A stretch of 64,000 nucleotides of DNA. Source: Shigella phage JK32. Every line of letters begins with the position of its first letter. Positions within the stretch are counted from its first letter, which is position 1. The notes beneath the pieces were generated by a model. The model was not told where the DNA came from, ran no database searches, and saw only the letters and a program-made list of their open reading frames with translations. Of this stretch, positions 17,451-26,343 are shown in pieces. The stretch is from sequence record MK962753.1, one strand, 5' to 3'. The position numbers and the translations under genes were made by a program.

Positions 17451-19589
17451 TTAAGGATTTCGGCCAGGGTAATGCTTAAATCGACCGTAACCAGTTTCAA
17501 TGCTCATATCTCGTTGACGCACAATCGCCCAATAACCGTTGCAGGAATCTTGAAGATATAGATCCTTACCTTTTAGGAACTCATTAAAAATAGTGATCTG
17601 CCAATCATAATAGACCGCATCAGCAAGACTACCCATCCAACCGTGCGGATCTTCCATCAGTTCGACAAGTTCATCAATTACCCAATATGGACAAGGGCTA
17701 AATTTACCCTTACTAAAATCGCTGAACATAGTAACGATCTTGACTTCCGGTCGAGGCTGATCGGGAATATCTGGACGTTTGTTAACTACGACTTGCACAT
17801 ATTTTGTGTAGCCTACAATTTCACCTTCATCTAAGTTAGTGTTATTGTTTTTGTCGGCAAATGCAACAAATTTGTAAACACCAGAATCGTTTAATGTTGC
17901 ATTAGCTTTACGATATACCGGAACACTGGAATCTGCAATAGGTAATTTAATACCACTTTTACTAAATTCATAGGTCGGCACATAGTTAGATGGCGGTTTA
18001 ATCATGGTTGCTTCCAGCACCAACGGATCACCCTCAGTAATTTGCACCGGATGCGGACCGTCAAATTCCATATTAGGAATTACTTCAACTTTATAGGTTG
18101 CACGTCCTGCAATATCATATCCGGTATGCGCACTATGAGGATCTCGGCTAGGGCTATCGCGATATTCATGAGACCAGATACCATTATGTTCTTTATCCGC
18201 CGCATCAGTAATCTTATATTCTTTCGTTTCAATCGGCAATTCTGTTACAAGAACATCGTTTTTCAAAATTGCTAACGAACGAGTTTGAGTCGGGTCATTA
18301 CTTGCTGGCGGTTCTGGATCAACAATTTTAATAACAATAGGTTCCCCAACCTCAATACCGCTATAATCATGCTCGACGTCATAGATATCTAACATACGGC
18401 GATCATAAAATAATGGGCGAGAAGTTGGAGTTCTCTGCGGATCATCATCACGCGCAGGAGCTACCAACAATTGCAGGGCTACACTATTATCATATTGCAA
18501 TTTCTCAAGACTAATACGGTCATAACCAGGATCACCATATTTCTTGCTTTGTAATTGCGTACCACCTAACATCCACGTAAAGTAGACATTATTTGTTAAT
18601 AAACCATAATGTCGGTTCCATGAATTATCAACAGGGGAAACTGGCATATCAATACTAACAGAAGACCCAGAAGGATAACGAAATTCAATAGCAGAAAAAT
18701 CTCGGCTAAAAAATTCGTTTTCCTTGACGTTAACGCGGAATCGATGGCGCTGACCATCCAGATACGATTCACTACTACCAGGACCATTTTCAACCTTATA
18801 GGAACGAATACAAGCGACATAATCACCTGCATCTGCTTCGGTAGCATGTTTCGTCACATATAAAGTTTTATTCTTTGATTCATAAACCAAAGTACCATCG
18901 CCACGTTCCAGACGATAACGAACTATGGTATGTTCAGCGTCATTTGGGGCATCGTCTTCTACAGTATAATAGGCAGGTGCATATTTTTGTACATTGAATA
19001 CAGCTAAATTTTCTCGAATTGTTGCTGTAAACGGATATACAAATTTAACATCACCTGTTTCGTCGCTTAATTCCATTCGATAAAGACCGGAAAATTCAGG
19101 CCATGCGAATTTTGCAATTTTAAATTCACGATGATCCAATCCCAAATCACCATCCACGGAATCAACTAGACCATTATTATAATACAAGTCAACAGAGATA
19201 TTAGCAGGAATATTACTACGAAAAACAATTTTCGCTTTAAGTTCATCACCAATATTAAATGATGTCGGAGGATATACATGTTCAACATATGGATTATCAA
19301 ATAACTTAAATGTAAAGTTTTCCGTGCCAATATCGATAGAATCACCACTAAATGATGTGTCGCCTAGCGCATAACCTCGAACGTTTACAGACCATCCGGT
19401 AACATCGTCTTCTTTAACGGAATCCAATGTAAATGTCGGAGAGGCACTTGTTGCTATAATCTGGTCATTTTTCTTCCAGACATAACCTTTTTTCGGTTTT
19501 GTTGAATCAGGGCTTTCATCAACAATACAGCAGCTAAAATCGTGCGGCATCCAAATCATATTATTGACCGTGGTGTTTACTACTGCCAT
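17451..19589 (-). CDS. Large multi-domain protein with Ig-like repeats and a distinct C-terminal domain
   Basis: 712 aa; Ig-like motifs DAGDYVACI and DSGVYKFVA; no recognisable catalytic motif. Confidence 0.65.
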   Translation of the reverse strand: MAVVNTTVNNMIWMPHDFSCCIVDESPDSTKPKKGYVWKKNDQIIATSASPTFTLDSVKEDDVTGWSVNVRGYALGDTSFSGDSIDIGTENFTFKLFDNPYVEHVYPPTSFNIGDELKAKIVFRSNIPANISVDLYYNNGLVDSVDGDLGLDHREFKIAKFAWPEFSGLYRMELSDETGDVKFVYPFTATIRENLAVFNVQKYAPAYYTVEDDAPNDAEHTIVRYRLERGDGTLVYESKNKTLYVTKHATEADAGDYVACIRSYKVENGPGSSESYLDGQRHRFRVNVKENEFFSRDFSAIEFRYPSGSSVSIDMPVSPVDNSWNRHYGLLTNNVYFTWMLGGTQLQSKKYGDPGYDRISLEKLQYDNSVALQLLVAPARDDDPQRTPTSRPLFYDRRMLDIYDVEHDYSGIEVGEPIVIKIVDPEPPASNDPTQTRSLAILKNDVLVTELPIETKEYKITDAADKEHNGIWSHEYRDSPSRDPHSAHTGYDIAGRATYKVEVIPNMEFDGPHPVQITEGDPLVLEATMIKPPSNYVPTYEFSKSGIKLPIADSSVPVYRKANATLNDSGVYKFVAFADKNNNTNLDEGEIVGYTKYVQVVVNKRPDIPDQPRPEVKIVTMFSDFSKGKFSPCPYWVIDELVELMEDPHGWMGSLADAVYYDWQITIFNEFLKGKDLYLQDSCNGYWAIVRQRDMSIETGYGRFKHYPGRNP

Positions 19590-19610
19590 GAATCCTCCTT
19601 ATAACTGAAA

Positions 19611-20057
19611 TTAAGCCAGTCGAGTGAGTTTATAAATGGTTTTAAAGCATAGAACTTTGATATCGTCTAAAACGCTCTGCAACGAGCTATCAACATCATT
19701 ATAAATCTCACTAGCCATTTGCGTTAACTCTTGCAAATAGGCAATTTCGCTAATCTCCTTGCGGACGACCAACGTTGGCTGATACCGACCAGTGATCCCA
19801 ATATTGGTTTCTGTGAAATTATCAACCAATTCTTGCATTTCAAGATAGAACTCTTCTAGAGCCTTATGTTTTGAATAAGACCCAGGTCCAGTTACCCCAA
19901 AATGCGCAGAATGCATATAAGTAACGCTCATTAGGCATTCACCAATAAAGCGGTCTACTTTATTAGCTTTTCCTTCCTCGGAAGTCTGCCTAAATTCACT
20001 GAATTTCATTATATCGATTCTCCATTTTATTAAGCACAATAAATTGATTTGCGGCAT
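19611..20057 (-). CDS. Hypothetical protein (rI.-1 position); start uncertain
   Basis: ORF track; internal MKFSEF possible true start. Confidence 0.45.
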   Translation of the reverse strand: MPQINLLCLIKWRIDIMKFSEFRQTSEEGKANKVDRFIGECLMSVTYMHSAHFGVTGPGSYSKHKALEEFYLEMQELVDNFTETNIGITGRYQPTLVVRKEISEIAYLQELTQMASEIYNDVDSSLQSVLDDIKVLCFKTIYKLTRLA

Positions 20058-20295
20058 ACTCTCCCATCATGAAACAATGTTTAGCATCCATACATTTACT
20101 ACGTGCGTATGTTTTCATTATGTGGTCATGAAATTTTTGACTTGTCTCCACCGATGGTTGTATTTTGTTTATATACACGATCATAGCACCGTCGAAGTAA
20201 TCAGTAAAGTCACCAACAGGACATTGATCGGCACTTACGCTACCAACTGCCATAACGCATATACCCGCAACGAGTGTTTTACGAATAAATGACAT
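19996..20295 (-). CDS. rI: Periplasmic lysis-inhibition regulator RI-like (antiholin)
   Basis: Signal peptide; similarity to recalled T4 RI; adjacent to tk as in T4. Confidence 0.6.
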   Translation of the reverse strand: MSFIRKTLVAGICVMAVGSVSADQCPVGDFTDYFDGAMIVYINKIQPSVETSQKFHDHIMKTYARSKCMDAKHCFMMGEYAANQFIVLNKMENRYNEIQ

Positions 20296-20356
20296 AAGTC
20301 ATTCCCCCAGATTAAAAATTTCAAGTATATTTATAATCTGGGGATATATTTACGCC

Positions 20357-20953
20357 TTAGTGGATAGATCCATCAATAAAATGTTTACGACAAACAGAAA
20401 CATATTTATCCTCTGCACCAACTTCTATTTGAGCACCATCGCGAATAACATTACCATCTTTATCTACGCGAAGGACCATAGTCGCTTTCTTGCCACAATG
20501 ACAAATACCCTTCATTTCGACCAGTTTATCAGCCAATGCCATTAATGCCGCAGATCCTTCAAATAGATTGCCCTGAAAGTCAGTGCGAAGGCCATAACAC
20601 AAAACAGGGATATTGGCATCATCAACCAGTGCACATAAGCCTAAAACATGTTCTTTAGTCATAAATTGGGCTTCATCTACAAATACAGCATCTGGACGCC
20701 AGCGATCCGGTCTACGCTTACCGAGTGATTCACGATAAACCAAGTCGAAAAGATCATCAGATTTAGTGAATGTGATCGCTGGAGCACTTAGACCAATTCG
20801 GGAAACAACTTCACTTTCTGAATCTCGATTATCAATCGCTGGTTTAAGAATTAATACTCGCATATCACGTTCGGTATAGTTATAAGCACTTTGTAATAAG
20901 GAAGTAGACTTACCAGCGTTCATAGATGCATAGTAGAAGTATAGTTGTGCCAT
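20357..20953 (-). CDS. tk: Thymidine kinase
   Basis: P-loop MNAGKS, VDEAQF, YGLRTDF, CHCGKKA zinc motif; collinear with recalled T4 Tk. Confidence 0.9.
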   Translation of the reverse strand: MAQLYFYYASMNAGKSTSLLQSAYNYTERDMRVLILKPAIDNRDSESEVVSRIGLSAPAITFTKSDDLFDLVYRESLGKRRPDRWRPDAVFVDEAQFMTKEHVLGLCALVDDANIPVLCYGLRTDFQGNLFEGSAALMALADKLVEMKGICHCGKKATMVLRVDKDGNVIRDGAQIEVGAEDKYVSVCRKHFIDGSIH

Positions 20954-21246
20954 TAATTAATCTCCAAAAATCCAGAAAGACCTAAACCAACATAAACCCA
21001 GATACAAAGGAAAAAGAAGCAAACACCCATAGCAAAGATAAATCCGCGTAGTGTCTTTGGATAACCTACCCAATATTCCCGACCATCTTCTAACCGGATC
21101 AGTCTATTGCCTTGAGAGTCCATATCAATTACAACATGTTTATTTCTGGATTGTAACAGATATTGCTTGACAATCTCAATACCCGCCATAATAACAATAA
21201 CGAAATTAAAAGTCCACATAACAAGGTTAATGATAGTCTCAAGCAT
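20953..21246 (-). CDS. Small membrane protein
   Basis: Two hydrophobic helices. Confidence 0.5.
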   Translation of the reverse strand: MLETIINLVMWTFNFVIVIMAGIEIVKQYLLQSRNKHVVIDMDSQGNRLIRLEDGREYWVGYPKTLRGFIFAMGVCFFFLCIWVYVGLGLSGFLEIN

Positions 21247-21481
21247 TTTCTATCACCTCCACCCAATCAGGCGTTTCCTGAAATACTCCTTCGCCTTCGT
21301 GGTGGATGCATCCTTTATTGCTACAATACATCCACCAATCCCACATTCCCCACGGTAAACGCTGCATATCGTCGTTACAGCAAGTGAAGACAATAGGCCA
21401 ACCACATCTACCACAACGGCAGTTTTCCTTCATGTGAGCGGTATTAGGCTTCTTCATAGATGACTCCAATATAATCGACAT
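21239..21481 (-). CDS. Cys-rich small protein
   Basis: CRCGRCGW and CCNDD cysteine clusters. Confidence 0.45.
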   Translation of the reverse strand: MSIILESSMKKPNTAHMKENCRCGRCGWPIVFTCCNDDMQRLPWGMWDWWMYCSNKGCIHHEGEGVFQETPDWVEVIENA

Positions 21482-21684
21482 TTACATTTAGGGCAATGCG
21501 GTTCTTTAATATAATACCCGTCTGTCTTTGGAACACTAACAGGAGCGGTTTTTATATTGTATTCAGTGAAACAGCGAAAACAAGTTACGTTTTCTACAGA
21601 CTGACGTTTCACCCAATCACCGGAATATAGATCATTTTTATTTGTCATATTCAACCACCACAATATTGATATCTGGAGTAGCAA
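21454..21684 (-). CDS. Zinc-ribbon small protein
   Basis: CFRC ... CPKCKC. Confidence 0.45.
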   Translation of the reverse strand: MLLQISILWWLNMTNKNDLYSGDWVKRQSVENVTCFRCFTEYNIKTAPVSVPKTDGYYIKEPHCPKCKCRLYWSHL

Positions 21685-22093
21685 TATTAATGATCTCTTC
21701 TACACATTCCCACTCAAGGCCACCGATACCGCAACCGATTTTAGGAATATAGAAAGGCTGTATAGCACCTTCAAAAACATCATTGATAGTCTCAAATCCT
21801 TTCAGGATAGCACCATATTCAGCATTTGGACCAGGCCGGAATTGGGTATAGAGATTCACCCCGCACCAGTTATAACCATTAACTTGATGCGTCCAGACAC
21901 TAAACCCACCCAGCTTTTCTACCTTACCGCGAGAAGTTTGCTTGTCAATTTCTAACGCTTGCGGGAACTCTTTCGCGATCTTTGCAGCAATACCAGCGCC
22001 CATAGTATGAAAACAATTACAACCATGAATTAAATGACCGTTTCCTTGTTTAAACAGGGCGATGAGATCGCCCTTTACAGTATCAATAATCAT
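21638..22093 (-). CDS. Macrodomain protein, TARG1/OARD1-like ADP-ribose hydrolase
   Basis: VKGDL...HGCNCFHTMGAGIA...PKIGCGIGGLEWE aligns with recalled OARD1 motifs. Confidence 0.7.
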   Translation of the reverse strand: MIIDTVKGDLIALFKQGNGHLIHGCNCFHTMGAGIAAKIAKEFPQALEIDKQTSRGKVEKLGGFSVWTHQVNGYNWCGVNLYTQFRPGPNAEYGAILKGFETINDVFEGAIQPFYIPKIGCGIGGLEWECVEEIINIATPDINIVVVEYDK

Positions 22094-22108
22094 AATATAA
22101 ACCTCTCA

Positions 22109-22468
22109 TTAGTCACGGGATGACAACCCAGCCATAAAACGGCTTAACAGTGTGTCGCGATAAGCAAAGCACAATTGCTTATCAGGGGCAGTATCACACA
22201 GGTTGCGTTTTGTTTTAGCAAAGCTGGCAATACTAAGATCCCATGCTCGATTTTTTCGTTTTTCGTCTCGACCTTGTTTGTATGCTTCGTCGAGTTCAAG
22301 TGCGATAAAATCGCTACACATGTTATCATTATCACAGAAGGTTTTAATGATCTTTTTGTTGATCTCAAATCCTTTGTATTCGAACTTTGGATAAGGGCGC
22401 TCATTACTAGCAAGCGCACCAGCCGAGAACATCATAGCAATCATAGCAATTATTGTCAACTTTTTCAT
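22109..22468 (-). CDS. Secreted/periplasmic hypothetical protein
   Basis: N-terminal signal peptide MKKLTIIAMIAMMFSAGALA; four Cys. Confidence 0.5.
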   Translation of the reverse strand: MKKLTIIAMIAMMFSAGALASNERPYPKFEYKGFEINKKIIKTFCDNDNMCSDFIALELDEAYKQGRDEKRKNRAWDLSIASFAKTKRNLCDTAPDKQLCFAYRDTLLSRFMAGLSSRD

Positions 22469-22475
22469 ATATTCC

Positions 22476-23066
22476 TCAATAGCGTTTAGTTTTAAGAATG
22501 CCTTTACTCTTTAGATGGTTAGCCTTTTTTAGTACGTCATCAGCATAACCCAATCCGGCTTTATAGTTCCATCCAGCATTGTAAGAAGCTAGCGCGAGTC
22601 GGATATTACCGTTTCGAACATCCAGCCAGTATGCTAACTCATCCATCGCGTAGAATGCAGAAACCTCGCGATTCATGATAAAGTTGATAGTCTGGCGATC
22701 ACTCATTTTAACACCGCGCTTTGCATTTTTCGCTTTCACCGTTTTAAGGTAATTTTGAAATAATCCATAAGCATGATGATTTTTCTTTGGTGCTAAGTTT
22801 GCACCCGCGCTTGATTCTTGCCATGCGATACCCGCCATGATGTGACCTAAACCCTTTCCGTTATAGCGAATATTCGGATGGTCATGTTTCAACTTACCGC
22901 TTTTCTCGAATTGTTCGCCGTATTGATAGGCGAAATGTAAATTATCTAGTTGGTGTGCTGTAAAGTTGTCTATCGGCGCTTTTTTGATCGGTGCGCTAGT
23001 CGATGCGTGTGTAGCACCAACGGCTAGTGACAGACTCAATACTATCGCTTTTAGAACTTTTAACAT
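22476..23066 (-). CDS. Secreted lytic transglycosylase (SLT domain)
   Basis: Signal peptide; SLT motifs AGIAWQESS, YGLFQ, SYNAGW. Confidence 0.75.
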   Translation of the reverse strand: MLKVLKAIVLSLSLAVGATHASTSAPIKKAPIDNFTAHQLDNLHFAYQYGEQFEKSGKLKHDHPNIRYNGKGLGHIMAGIAWQESSAGANLAPKKNHHAYGLFQNYLKTVKAKNAKRGVKMSDRQTINFIMNREVSAFYAMDELAYWLDVRNGNIRLALASYNAGWNYKAGLGYADDVLKKANHLKSKGILKTKRY

Positions 23067-23100
23067 TAATTTCTCCTGTTTGGTTTAACTTTCTGATTCC

Positions 23101-23129
23101 ATAATATAGCCCTATCACCAGAAAGTCAA
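23101..23129 (-). promoter_or_regulatory. Sigma70-type promoter (TTGACT-17-TATTAT)
   Basis: Reverse strand TTGACT ttctggtgatagggcta TATTAT upstream of SLT gene. Confidence 0.45.
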
Positions 23130-23151
23130 GCATTAATTTAACCAATTTCCA

Positions 23152-23574
23152 TTATTGGTCCACTTTCAAAACAACAGCCGACATTTTACCCGCCAGTCGT
23201 TTTGGATTCTCTATAATCATTCGACAGCATAGACCGTGATATGGCTTACCGTCTTCAATTAGGTCTACTGTCATCCCGATCCACATGTTACCGTCAGTAA
23301 TTTCTAATCGATTAGGTCGGTCTTCCATTTTCAGGAAGTCGAAGATCTCCGGCAAACGAGTCTCTACCTTATTGAATAGTTCCATTGTCTTATGTTCATC
23401 AATATGACGGTCGGTTAATCTGTCGATCATATGCGGACTAAAGCGAATGAAAATATACTCACCGTAACCATCATTCAAGCACTTTTCTTTGATCTGCGCA
23501 TTGGTTTTGCGCATTTCGGTTTCGAAGAATCTACGCAGCTTACTACGGCGAACGTGTACATTAATTGTTTCCAT
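23152..23574 (-). CDS. regB: RegB endoribonuclease
   Basis: METINVHVRRSKLRRFFETE...RLEITDGNMW...CRMIIENPKRLAGK collinear with recalled T4 RegB; track ORF over-extended to 23646. Confidence 0.8.
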   Translation of the reverse strand: METINVHVRRSKLRRFFETEMRKTNAQIKEKCLNDGYGEYIFIRFSPHMIDRLTDRHIDEHKTMELFNKVETRLPEIFDFLKMEDRPNRLEITDGNMWIGMTVDLIEDGKPYHGLCCRMIIENPKRLAGKMSAVVLKVDQ

Positions 23575-23575
23575 T

Positions 23576-23914
23576 TTATTCTCCTTTCTTAAACAAATTG
23601 CGAAGCCAGTATACAAACGGGATTTCTTTAAACTTGAACTTGTCAATAGTTAATTCTTTAGTAGCAAGATGAATACCATAAGCATCATGTGTCACGATAT
23701 GCCATTTTCTATAGTCCAAATGTGAACAACCGTCTGAATCTAGGTTAATAATAGTTTCTCGCTCACTAGGATTGTTTTTCCACAATTTTGTAATCGGATC
23801 ACACATAATTCGACCTAGCGTACCATGAATAATCTCACAACGGTAAAGTTTTCCGGCAGTGATATAGGCACACCCGTCATAGTCGGTATAAACAAACACT
23901 TCTTTAACACTCAT
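23576..23914 (-). CDS. Hypothetical protein, member of a tandem triplet paralogue family
   Basis: ITAGKLYRCE...DSDGCSHLDYRKWHIV pattern shared with next two ORFs. Confidence 0.5.
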   Translation of the reverse strand: MSVKEVFVYTDYDGCAYITAGKLYRCEIIHGTLGRIMCDPITKLWKNNPSERETIINLDSDGCSHLDYRKWHIVTHDAYGIHLATKELTIDKFKFKEIPFVYWLRNLFKKGE

Positions 23915-23946
23915 TTTTAATACTCCTTTGTTGTGTCGATGGGGGT

Positions 23947-23975
23947 ATATTACTACCCCCGATCATGGGTGTCAA
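23947..23975 (-). promoter_or_regulatory. Sigma70-type early promoter (TTGACA-17-TAATAT)
   Basis: Reverse strand TTGACA cccatgatcgggggtag TAATAT; hairpin gggggta/taccccc. Confidence 0.5.
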
Positions 23976-24236
23976 CTACTTTTTCAAGAATTTTTTAATT
24001 GCGTTCCAAAGACCTTTATTCTCAGGCTGTTTTGGTTCTTCGATCAGTGTCCACGGACGGTCGTCAAGATATGCACAGCTTTTCAGAGAAATAAAAAGTT
24101 TGTATCCTTTATCATCTTTGATGTAACCGTAGGTAGACATTCTTTCATCTGGCGTAAACTTATACAGTTTATTTGGGGTGATGTAAGATCTACTACTATA
24201 AGGTGTCATTACATATTTCATGGTACTAACTCCCAT
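23976..24236 (-). CDS. Hypothetical protein, triplet paralogue
   Basis: ITPNKLYKFTP...GYIKDDKGYKLFISL. Confidence 0.5.
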   Translation of the reverse strand: MGVSTMKYVMTPYSSRSYITPNKLYKFTPDERMSTYGYIKDDKGYKLFISLKSCAYLDDRPWTLIEEPKQPENKGLWNAIKKFLKK

Positions 24237-24412
24237 TTATCACCGCGAAGATGAGAACATCCACCATCAAGAAGGATCGTAATACGAAACCCCGCATCAT
24301 CTTCAATATACCCGATAGTCGGTGGATGTTCGTCGTCTCGTGCCGGGGTAAAATCATACATCTTACCAGGCGTAATATCTTGTCCTTTATTGCTATTGGT
24401 ATAAACTTGCAT
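24218..24412 (-). CDS. Hypothetical protein, triplet paralogue
   Basis: ITPGKMYDFTP...GYIEDDAGFRITILLDGGCSHL. Confidence 0.5.
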   Translation of the reverse strand: MQVYTNSNKGQDITPGKMYDFTPARDDEHPPTIGYIEDDAGFRITILLDGGCSHLRGDKWELVP

Positions 24413-24433
24413 TTTCTTAATCTCCTATATTAA

Positions 24434-25132
24434 CTAACCACGGGTATAGTGTTCCAGAACAACTGTCAGATGAATATATTCTAATAGATCTTTCCAAAAG
24501 TCAACATCTGGTTCTTCCGGCATACCGTTTTTCTTTGCCTCTTCACGCGCGAGTTTAACACGTTCGTAGAGATCTTTCAATTCTTCCCGCACATTATCAA
24601 ATGTTCTTTCTCCTAACTTACACGCTAAAATAGAAGAACGTCGCGCGAGCGGGAATTGTAGATCACCAGTTTGATAGATTTCAAGTAGCTGATAACCAAC
24701 ACGCAGAGCATGAGAAAGATCTTTCCAGTTACTGAAATATTTTTCAGATTTGACTACCTGCTTTTTGAGATAACCAGACAAACCCCACATACCAACATGA
24801 TAGAATTTATCGCGATGTGTTCGGATGTATTCCCATTCTCTGGAGGATTCAATCAACATGTTACTAGGCGCGTGCACCATATCAATAGCGCCGATATCAC
24901 CTTTACATGCCAGATTGATAAACCGTTTTAGACTGAACATATTAACATCAATATCGTCTTTGGTGTTCTTGATACCTTGACCGCTAGTGCTTTGGTCATA
25001 GTGTTCTTTCATCGATCCTAAGATAATTTCTTTCGCAGTCGGAACAAAGATACCACGATAATCTTTATCTGAATTTTCAGTATCAAGACCGTATAAGTGA
25101 GATCCGAAGACCATTTTAACCATTGTATGCAT
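24434..25132 (-). CDS. Predicted nucleotidyltransferase (Pol-beta superfamily)
   Basis: FGSHLYGLDTENSDKDYRGIF fits GS-x(9-13)-DxD signature. Confidence 0.6.
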   Translation of the reverse strand: MHTMVKMVFGSHLYGLDTENSDKDYRGIFVPTAKEIILGSMKEHYDQSTSGQGIKNTKDDIDVNMFSLKRFINLACKGDIGAIDMVHAPSNMLIESSREWEYIRTHRDKFYHVGMWGLSGYLKKQVVKSEKYFSNWKDLSHALRVGYQLLEIYQTGDLQFPLARRSSILACKLGERTFDNVREELKDLYERVKLAREEAKKNGMPEEPDVDFWKDLLEYIHLTVVLEHYTRG

Positions 25133-25150
25133 AATTAAACCCTCATGTTA

Positions 25151-25744
25151 TTAAACGTATTCAGCAACAACATTATGTTTAAAATTACCGCTCATTTTTG
25201 GATTTGGATTTTTCAATCGACTATGTATTAAATTTTTGTTGTATCCGGTTGCTTTAGACGCTTCGCCAATACTTTGATAAACAACACCATTAACACGAAT
25301 CGGACGAGACTTATTAAACAGTTTATTCAATCCGGCATCATATGCATGGTTTTGGTTTTCTTGTCTCGTTGCGATCTCAAGATTCCAAACACAATTACAA
25401 GATTTTACCCCACTTTTATGATTAATTTCAAGCCCTTCACAATCACCTATAAAGTGTTCAGCGACTAGTCTATGAATATAGCGATATTTCTTAGTTTCCC
25501 CGTCATGCAAGCATACATTATAATAACCATCACCAGCGCGTTTAGGTCGGAGTAGTTTACCTTTAACACGTTTTATAGTAGGGAACTCACCAAATTGATT
25601 TCGCTGGACAAACGAAATCTCGCGGTCTAATGAACGGATTCGACCATAGTTAGACACTTGATAAAAACTTTCATAGCCTTTAATTGGCTTCCATATCTCA
25701 GGGATTTCTACACCATCAATAACAACAAGTTTAAATTCTTCCAT
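25151..25744 (-). CDS. HNH homing endonuclease (NUMOD4 + HNH)
   Basis: YQVSNYGRIRS (NUMOD4-like); HRLVAEHF ... INHKSG ... NLEIATRQEN (HNH). Confidence 0.75.
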   Translation of the reverse strand: MEEFKLVVIDGVEIPEIWKPIKGYESFYQVSNYGRIRSLDREISFVQRNQFGEFPTIKRVKGKLLRPKRAGDGYYNVCLHDGETKKYRYIHRLVAEHFIGDCEGLEINHKSGVKSCNCVWNLEIATRQENQNHAYDAGLNKLFNKSRPIRVNGVVYQSIGEASKATGYNKNLIHSRLKNPNPKMSGNFKHNVVAEYV

Positions 25745-25756
25745 ATTTCACCTCAT

Positions 25757-25789
25757 AAAAAAATAAAGCCAACCCTTTCGGATTGGCTT
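25757..25789 (-). terminator. Rho-independent terminator after grcA-like gene
   Basis: Hairpin agccaaccctttcggattggct with flanking A/T runs. Confidence 0.55.
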
Positions 25790-25794
25790 GTCGA

Positions 25795-26208
25795 TTACAT
25801 AGATTCCGTAAAGGTACGGGTGATGATATCAAGTTGTTGTTCGCGTGTCAAGGCGTTGAATCGGGTAGCATAACCACTGATTCTAATAGTCAGTTGTGGG
25901 TATTTTTCAGGATTTTCTAACGCATCAAGAAGAGTTTCCCGACGCAGCACGTTCGCGTTGAGATGATGACCAGCGTTACTATTTACCCCGTTATCAATTG
26001 CTACAGGACGGAAGCTAGTTGTGTGTAGTGCCAGCGAATCGACGTCTTCTGCGGTGATCACATGGTCTTCTGCGAAAGTTTTACTAACAATTACTTTAGC
26101 GCCGATCAGTGCTTTCGGTTCGGATACCAGAATCATAGGCGCGAAATGTCCACCGATAATAGTACCTTTATGCTCACCTTTCATGATTTGAATTGCTTTA
26201 AATTCCAT
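25795..26208 (-). CDS. grcA: Autonomous glycyl radical cofactor (GrcA/YfiD-like)
   Basis: [56 protein letters not shown] is near-collinear with recalled E. coli GrcA C-terminus. Confidence 0.85.
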   Translation of the reverse strand: MEFKAIQIMKGEHKGTIIGGHFAPMILVSEPKALIGAKVIVSKTFAEDHVITAEDVDSLALHTTSFRPVAIDNGVNSNAGHHLNANVLRRETLLDALENPEKYPQLTIRISGYATRFNALTREQQLDIITRTFTESM

Positions 26209-26343
26209 AATTCACCTCTTATAGATCAGGACGTTCGTCATTAACTTTTCCAACCAAAACCCCATAGAGTTTATCAGGTTGGACTTTACGATTCTTATTG
26301 ATTGTAGCACGGAATCGACGAGCTACGCTATCTTTATTTTTCA

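Noticed and set aside
26209-26343. Small basic ORF (about 41 aa, MKNKDSVARRFRATINKNRKV) between grcA and ORF 26344-26835
   Set aside because: Below the size threshold, with no clear Shine-Dalgarno; possible but unsupported.
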